Shown here in pieces: positions 58,467 through 64,000 of a DNA stretch of 64,000 nucleotides. The notes beneath the pieces are model-generated. The model worked only from the letters and a program-made list of their open reading frames with translations. It ran no database searches and was not told the origin of the DNA. Origin of the DNA: a virus; the IMG/VR virus record IMGVR_UViG_3300021425_000008, positions 1 to 64,000 of that record. The stretch is one strand, 5' to 3'. The first letter of the stretch is position 1, and every line of letters begins with the position of its first letter. The translations under genes and the position numbers were made by a program.

Positions 58467-59363
58467 ATGGCAATCACACATCTGGACCATCCTGAAGATT
58501 CTGTCCTGACTGGTGATCTATCAGTCCTGGATGTATTGTATGATGAAGCAACCATCTCTATGAAGATGGACGGAATGTCGTTGGTCTGGGGTACCAATCC
58601 TGCCAATGGTAAGTTCTTTTGCTGTACAAAATCCGCATTTAATAAAAAGAAAATCAAACTTTGCTACACCACTGACGACATTTTCACTCACTTTGGTCAT
58701 CAAATTGAAGTTGTAGAGATTCTGTCATATTGTCTCAAGTATCTCCCTCGTACCGAGAACATTTACTGGGGTGATTGGCTTGGTTTCGGTCGTACTGATG
58801 TGATCACTCAGAACACTCTGACTTATGTGTTCCCTGAGGCAATCAGTCAGAAACTTGTCATCGCACCTCACACACAAGTTTTTGTCACTCAGGATGGACT
58901 ATTGTCGAATGCAGTGTGTAAACCACTGACTGAGACCTTTGTTGATACTTCTATCATCAAGTGGGTACAGCCTTGTGTTGATCGTCTGGGTCTAAAGTCT
59001 GATGTTCCTAACATCAACACTGACAAGATCAAGTTCCTGACTAAGAAGGAAGCAGAAAAGGCTAAGACTGCTATCAATGCACTGATCAAATCTGGCCAGA
59101 GTCTGACACCAGGTGATCAACCAAAGTTGATTGACATTCTGGGTTGTCCTTTTCTCACTAACTTGTATCTACTTGTGATTGACATCAAACATGAGATTAT
59201 GGACTCACTGATTGTAAACGACGCACCTGAAGCTTATCTTCCTAATGGTCAACGTTGTGAAGGTGAGGGTTATGTCCTTCACTCTATTGCTCATGGTTCA
59301 GTGAAACTGGTCGATCGTACCGAGTTTGCGTACGCTAACTTCCACAATGGGTACGGTGTTTGA
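58467..59363 (+). CDS. ligase-like nucleotidyltransferase-fold protein (DUF6267-like)
   Basis: HL.HPED, KMDG (KxDG), EGYV, VKLVDR..F..ANF. Confidence 0.6.
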   Translation: MAITHLDHPEDSVLTGDLSVLDVLYDEATISMKMDGMSLVWGTNPANGKFFCCTKSAFNKKKIKLCYTTDDIFTHFGHQIEVVEILSYCLKYLPRTENIYWGDWLGFGRTDVITQNTLTYVFPEAISQKLVIAPHTQVFVTQDGLLSNAVCKPLTETFVDTSIIKWVQPCVDRLGLKSDVPNINTDKIKFLTKKEAEKAKTAINALIKSGQSLTPGDQPKLIDILGCPFLTNLYLLVIDIKHEIMDSLIVNDAPEAYLPNGQRCEGEGYVLHSIAHGSVKLVDRTEFAYANFHNGYGV

Positions 59364-59406
59364 GTTAGTAACCTCGAAAGGTCTTCATTATTAGATTCGT
59401 ACCGTT

Positions 59407-59997
59407 ATGACTGTTACCACTAAGAAGTTTTTGACTAATCAACTTAAGTTGATCATGTCACTGACTGATGAACAGGTCAATATCTACACTCGCGAGACAA
59501 TGTTCAAGGTTGTGGAAGATCTTTCGGGTGGTATTTGTTGGGCTAGTTCACACAAAATTGATGACACTGGTGCACTTCTGACACCACAAGCATTTCTTAA
59601 ATGGAGTGAACATCCTGAGAAAACTTTGTCTGGTGTGATTGACATGAAGGTCAAAGGTGGACACAGTTTGACTAAAGAACACTTTGGTGGTGTTCGTAGT
59701 GGTTCGAAGTTCATCTTTGCACACCATTATGATAAGTTTGTCGAAGATCGTTCGTATGATCTTATCAACAACTTCTTGACAGATATTGATAAACTGTCTA
59801 AAGTTGTTGTGTCCACTCGTGAAGAGAATGAGGCGTTTGCATTGATTCGTAAACGGTCTCCACAAGACTATAAAGATATTGATATTGATCACCTGATCTA
59901 CGTTGAGAATGTATCAAGGAAGAAGTTTGTTAAATGTGAACACCGTGTCGTAGATTCTGACCTTACTCCATACTTTCCTGAGGTATTGTTGGGGTAA
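59407..59997 (+). CDS. hypothetical protein
   Basis: 196 aa ORF flanked by repeat motifs. Confidence 0.7.
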   Translation: MTVTTKKFLTNQLKLIMSLTDEQVNIYTRETMFKVVEDLSGGICWASSHKIDDTGALLTPQAFLKWSEHPEKTLSGVIDMKVKGGHSLTKEHFGGVRSGSKFIFAHHYDKFVEDRSYDLINNFLTDIDKLSKVVVSTREENEAFALIRKRSPQDYKDIDIDHLIYVENVSRKKFVKCEHRVVDSDLTPYFPEVLLG

Positions 59998-60045
59998 TAC
60001 TGTTAGTAACCTCCAAAGATCCACTATATTACAGGCAACACTTAC

Positions 60046-61224
60046 ATGATCAAACTTCGCCCTCATCAACAGGACGCTGTTTACGCACTTCGTAATAATT
60101 CAATCGGACAAGTTATTGTTCCCACTGGAGGAGGCAAGACGTTGATTGCTATTATGGATGCAGTCAAACGTTTTGAAGTAAATGTTCCTCGGACTATTGT
60201 TGTTGTGGGTCCACGTATTCTGTTGATGGAACAGTTATCATCAGAGTATTTGGAACATATTACAAATGCAAACACTCTTCACGTTCACAGTGGAGAGACA
60301 CAGCATTTCAGTACCACTAAACCTGAACGTATCAAACTGTTTGTTGATATGTGTCAGACTATGCGTGAACATGTCATCATCTTCACCACTTATCATTCTC
60401 TCCATCGTATTCAAGAGAGTGGTATTGATGTAGATACGATTTACTTTGACGAGGCACATAATTCTGTTCAACGTAACTTCTACGGTCCCACTGAGTATTT
60501 CAGTAAGAAGGCAGATCGTTGTTTCTACTTCACCGCGACTCGTAAAACCAGTGTGACTGTGAAGAAACCAGGTATGAACTGGGTTGATACTTATGGTCAA
60601 GTGATTGCACGTGTGTCTGCACCTGACTTGGTACAGAATGGTTACATTCTTCCTCCTAAAGTCAAGGTGATTAAGATGGATAAGGTGGACAAAAAGTCTC
60701 TCACTCCTCACATGGAGGGGAACAATGTTCTCGCATCTATTGATGATATCAACATCAAAAAGATCCTTGTTTGTGTCAAGACCACACGACAGTTGCAGAA
60801 TCTGTTCATGACAGATTTTGCAAAACAACTCAGTGACCGTGGTTATTCTTACCTCTACATCACCTCAAAAACGGGTCCGATTGTTGACGGTCAGAAAGTA
60901 TCTCGTGAAGAGTTCTTCCAAACCCTCAACACTTGGGGCAAAGACAAATCTAAAAAGTTTGTCTGTCTCCACAGAAGTATCCTCAGTGAGGGTATTAACG
61001 TGAGTGAACTCGAAGCTGTTATCTTCCTTCGTAACATGGACAGTATTGAGCTTCTTCAAACTGTCGGACGTGTGATTCGTGTGGGTTCGTCTGCTAAAAC
61101 CTACGGTATGCTCTGCGTGCCAGTCTATAACAACGTTGGAGTTTCCACTGAGAAAGCCCTTCAACGTTGTGTAGATATTGTGTTTGAGAAGGGCGAAATC
61201 CTTGACAGTGTAACTCGGCGATGA
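60046..61224 (+). CDS. superfamily 2 helicase (type III Res-like)
   Basis: LRPHQ, PTGGGKT, DEAH, TAT, LSEGIN, Q.VGRV.R. Confidence 0.92.
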   Translation: MIKLRPHQQDAVYALRNNSIGQVIVPTGGGKTLIAIMDAVKRFEVNVPRTIVVVGPRILLMEQLSSEYLEHITNANTLHVHSGETQHFSTTKPERIKLFVDMCQTMREHVIIFTTYHSLHRIQESGIDVDTIYFDEAHNSVQRNFYGPTEYFSKKADRCFYFTATRKTSVTVKKPGMNWVDTYGQVIARVSAPDLVQNGYILPPKVKVIKMDKVDKKSLTPHMEGNNVLASIDDINIKKILVCVKTTRQLQNLFMTDFAKQLSDRGYSYLYITSKTGPIVDGQKVSREEFFQTLNTWGKDKSKKFVCLHRSILSEGINVSELEAVIFLRNMDSIELLQTVGRVIRVGSSAKTYGMLCVPVYNNVGVSTEKALQRCVDIVFEKGEILDSVTRR

Positions 61225-61421
61225 ACTTTACTAAAGCACAACTTATTAATGCACTTGTGGCAGAGTGGGAGTATCTCTGCCACGATGATTATGATCCAGA
61301 AGATCAAACACCCGAAGAATATCGTGAAGATTTGATTGAAATGAGTTTGGAGGAGTTAGTAGAAGAAACCAGTACAGGAGAAGGTTACACTTTGGAAGAA
61401 TATATGGAGAATTGGGGATGA
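61221..61421 (+). CDS. acidic hypothetical protein
   Basis: ORF track; ATGA overlap. Confidence 0.65.
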   Translation: MNFTKAQLINALVAEWEYLCHDDYDPEDQTPEEYREDLIEMSLEELVEETSTGEGYTLEEYMENWG

Positions 61422-61621
61422 ATTACACAAACTCAGCCATTCTTGATTGTAAACCAGGTCCATTACCTATTGTTGTTGGTGATGGATACCTGGCTGCAAT
61501 TCCTATGGGAGGATCACAAACTCAAATGTGTGTGATACACAATGGTGTCCCTGTCAAAGTATGTCGTAACCACAAATCTGCGATGACTTTGATTAACAAA
61601 CTTAAAAAAAGAAAGAGTTAG
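61418..61621 (+). CDS. hypothetical protein
   Basis: ORF track; stop lies inside the repeat motif. Confidence 0.6.
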   Translation: MNYTNSAILDCKPGPLPIVVGDGYLAAIPMGGSQTQMCVIHNGVPVKVCRNHKSAMTLINKLKKRKS

Positions 61622-61701
61622 TAACCTCGGAATGTCCCCTATAGTGTAGACACCTCTCAGAGCCACCTTAAAGACCCTAGAGCACCACTTTTCTCCTTAT
61701 C

Positions 61702-61902
61702 ATGAACATCGACACCCAACTTCAAACAATTATCGAAAATCTGGAAGATGGCGTAAAAGTGTCATACGAATCACTGAATGATCCTGATCAGGGTTATCCT
61801 TACGCCACTGGCTATTCACGGTCTACGATGCGTCATTGTATCGAAGATCTTCGATATGTTATCGAACAGTACCGTACTATTACTCTGGAGGAAGGAAAAT
61901 GA
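61702..61902 (+). CDS. hypothetical protein
   Basis: GYPYATGYSRS motif. Confidence 0.65.
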   Translation: MNIDTQLQTIIENLEDGVKVSYESLNDPDQGYPYATGYSRSTMRHCIEDLRYVIEQYRTITLEEGK

Positions 61903-62147
61903 TTACGGCTCAAACTATTACCGTCAAATACGATTTTGATTGTGATTATATTTGGTCTGATATTTCTGGTCTCATCAATGAGTCTGGTGTCGAGCCTTTG
62001 ACTGTCATTGTTCATAATGATCGGACGATTGACAATGTGGAGATGATATTCTCTAATGTAGATGACGCAGTTCGTGTCACTGAAACTTATCTTGACAGTG
62101 ATGATCCTGCTGACATAATGACGTACGTTGATCCATCTCTTCTATGA
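61899..62147 (+). CDS. hypothetical protein
   Basis: GGAGG/AAGGA upstream; ATGA overlap. Confidence 0.6.
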   Translation: MITAQTITVKYDFDCDYIWSDISGLINESGVEPLTVIVHNDRTIDNVEMIFSNVDDAVRVTETYLDSDDPADIMTYVDPSLL

Positions 62148-62689
62148 AAAAGATCATTCTTGCCACACTATCAGCACTCAGTCTGATTCCGTTTAATTCA
62201 GTTCATGCCTCAACATTCAAAGATCATGTTAAACTCTGGAAAGTATTGGACCAGATCGGTGTCACAACCGTCGTCAATAATCCCGTCCATTGTTATGATG
62301 CTAAGCCTCAGCTTGATGGTATTTACTTCCCTTATTCTGGATTACTCGTTGTCTGTCAAGACAATAGAAAACCTGGAGAGGGTCAAGTTGAGTGGACAGA
62401 AAACGATCTAGACACACTCAGACATGAAGCACAACATGTAGTCCAAGATTGTGCTAATGGTCCACTATTTGATGGTAAATCTCGGTCAATGTTCGATCAA
62501 GATGAACTCTTAGCATTCATTGGAGCATCAACATGGACCAAGGAAAAGGTCAACGGTTTGTATAAACGACTCGATGATTTAGGCCTGACTGAGAAAGAGA
62601 TCATCATGGAAATTGAGGCCTATGTAGTTGCATCTGGTATTTCTGCCGATGCTATTGCAGACAAACTACTTGAATTCTGTAAGAATTAA
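62144..62689 (+). CDS. secreted-type HEXXH protein (paralogue of 55672)
   Basis: Signal-like N-terminus; TLRHEAQHVVQDC, E.EA. Confidence 0.7.
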   Translation: MKKIILATLSALSLIPFNSVHASTFKDHVKLWKVLDQIGVTTVVNNPVHCYDAKPQLDGIYFPYSGLLVVCQDNRKPGEGQVEWTENDLDTLRHEAQHVVQDCANGPLFDGKSRSMFDQDELLAFIGASTWTKEKVNGLYKRLDDLGLTEKEIIMEIEAYVVASGISADAIADKLLEFCKN

Positions 62690-62733
62690 AGTTAGTAACC
62701 ACCAAACGTCACTATTATTGTAAGACACACATT

Positions 62734-62943
62734 ATGAACAATTCTTCTCAAATTCTGCGTGAACTTCAGGAACTCCGTAAATCGTGGAGGGCACAAAACT
62801 TCAACTACACTGTCAATCAACAGTCACGATATGATGAGTTGATGATGCTCCGTCGCGCATTTATTGCTAAGTGGCAAGAAGATGGCCTGGTCTGGAAAGG
62901 CCCATCTAACGTTGGCAAAGCTTCTACCGTGACTGCAGAATGA
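62734..62943 (+). CDS. hypothetical protein
   Basis: Follows repeat motif. Confidence 0.65.
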   Translation: MNNSSQILRELQELRKSWRAQNFNYTVNQQSRYDELMMLRRAFIAKWQEDGLVWKGPSNVGKASTVTAE

Positions 62944-63263
62944 TGAAATTTGATTCTTCTAACACCGAAACATTCACTGTTGATGGTACTGAATTCCAGT
63001 TCAATACTGATCGAGTTCAGTACATCGCTGAAGAACAAATTGATCATTATGAAACACGAGTCAAGCAACTTGCCAAGAGTCTGAAGAAGAAAAAGAACAA
63101 AGAACAGCTGTCAAATGATATTGTTGCTCTCTATCAAGAGTGGAATGTGAAAGATAACGATGAGATTCTTTATCTGTTGTTCTCTAAAGACAATGAAGAC
63201 ATCTTCACCGATGTAACTACAGAGAATGATCTTTATGCCAATCCTGAGGAACCAATTGCATGA
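62940..63263 (+). CDS. hypothetical protein
   Basis: ORF track; ATGA overlap. Confidence 0.6.
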   Translation: MMKFDSSNTETFTVDGTEFQFNTDRVQYIAEEQIDHYETRVKQLAKSLKKKKNKEQLSNDIVALYQEWNVKDNDEILYLLFSKDNEDIFTDVTTENDLYANPEEPIA

Positions 63264-63340
63264 TTGCACTTTTCAAATACTTCTATTATGTTTTTCTTGG
63301 TTGTATTGTGATGATGATCGTCAAACTATTGGCGAATTAA
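63260..63340 (+). CDS. small hydrophobic protein (26 aa)
   Basis: MIALFKYFYYVFLGCIVMMIVKLLAN; ATGA overlap; stop abuts the repeat motif. Confidence 0.5.
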   Translation: MIALFKYFYYVFLGCIVMMIVKLLAN

Positions 63341-63388
63341 AGTTAGTAACCTCCAAATGTCCACTTTAGTATGAACAACACTTCCGCT

Positions 63389-63727
63389 ATGAAAACTCAA
63401 ACTAAAGGTGAGTTTCTCTCTGATTGTCTGATTGAAACTCTCAACGACATGTGGAAAGTTAATTCTCTTGAAAACAGTCGTAATTCATATCAACAACTTG
63501 AATGTGAAGTTGGACGCAAATATGTAAAGATCTGGGATTATCTTGTGAGTGATGGTGAGAGAGTCCGTGGACGTTCTTGCTGGATGTTTGTAGATAAGGA
63601 AACTGGTTCCTGCTATAAACCTGCCTCACACAAAGCACCAGCAGTTGGTATCAGGTATCAGATCGAAGATCTTATCGAATCTCCTATGATTTGCGACCCA
63701 TATGGGTCATTCTTGTACCTGAAATAG
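63389..63727 (+). CDS. hypothetical phage protein
   Basis: GRKY.KI...FVD..TG..YKPAS.KAPA.G.RY; start moved to ATG 63389 because ATG 63371 abuts the putative -10. Confidence 0.7.
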   Translation: MKTQTKGEFLSDCLIETLNDMWKVNSLENSRNSYQQLECEVGRKYVKIWDYLVSDGERVRGRSCWMFVDKETGSCYKPASHKAPAVGIRYQIEDLIESPMICDPYGSFLYLK

Positions 63728-63783
63728 GTTGGAATTAAAGTTAGTAACCTCCAAATGTCTCCTATAGTATGAACAACACTCCA

Positions 63784-64000
63784 ATGACTCTCACCGAACG
63801 AAACCAAAAGCTTTACGACTTGCGTCAGAAACTCGACAAAGCTCGTGCAGAAGTTGCATGGATCGAACAAGAGATCTGGCTTGTTAAGGATCAATACGAT
63901 CGTCAAGATCTTGATCTCTTCCAGGAAATGTTTGGCGAGAAAAACACACTGTGGGATCATCTTGATCGCATGAGTGACACTCCCATGGCCGAAGAAGTCT
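63784..64000 (+). CDS. hypothetical protein (3'-truncated)
   Basis: MTLTERNQKLYDLRQKL... runs off the window. Confidence 0.55.
   Translation, partial: MTLTERNQKLYDLRQKLDKARAEVAWIEQEIWLVKDQYDRQDLDLFQEMFGEKNTLWDHLDRMSDTPMAEEV

Larger units (their letters stand above)
58423..63768 (+). repeat. 7 dispersed copies of GTTAGTAAC-N13/14-(-10-like hexamer) intergenic motif
   Basis: Copies start at 58423, 59364, 60002, 61617, 62691, 63342, 63740. Confidence 0.9.

Noticed and set aside
59407-59997. HNH nuclease call
   Set aside because: Only a weak EH...T.EEN pattern; insufficient without a profile search
58423-63768. Integron attC sites or a CRISPR array
   Set aside because: No extended attC hairpin, GTTRRRY not matched, no integrase; spacing is gene-sized and irregular and the geometry fits a promoter

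Overview
A 64 kb segment of a T4-like cyanophage (cyanomyovirus, probably infecting marine Synechococcus or Prochlorococcus). 1-5.6 kb holds replication and late-transcription genes (thyX, phoH, exonuclease, gp33, gp59, gp32). 5.7-21.6 kb is the baseplate/tail/head-completion module (gp53, gp48, gp2, gp54/19-like, gp4, gp26, gp51, lysozyme- and M23-bearing hub or tape-measure-like proteins, split gp5). A tRNA-Leu(UAA) and a candidate ~58 nt sRNA follow. 22.7-37.5 kb encodes large virion/fibre proteins interrupted by three 2OG-Fe(II) oxygenases. 37.5-52.5 kb is an island of three paralogous Kelch-like beta-propeller genes (24, 24 and 1 blades; constant framework with two hypervariable loops per blade), each followed by a late promoter and a set of modifying enzymes (glycosyltransferases, FkbM methyltransferase, sulfotransferases, prolyl-hydroxylase-like oxygenases). 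53-64 kb is an early/accessory region (CP12, NblA-like, talC, SF2 helicase, many small ORFs) with a 7-copy GTTAGTAAC-N14-TATAGT intergenic motif. Strongest leads: the diversified propeller plus modification-enzyme island, a dnaX-like -1 frameshift that would fuse gp26 to gp51, a T-even-type pseudoknot in the gp32 leader, the promoter-to-terminator sRNA, and the repeated activator-type promoter motif. All calls come from reading sequence and motifs by eye; no database searches were run.
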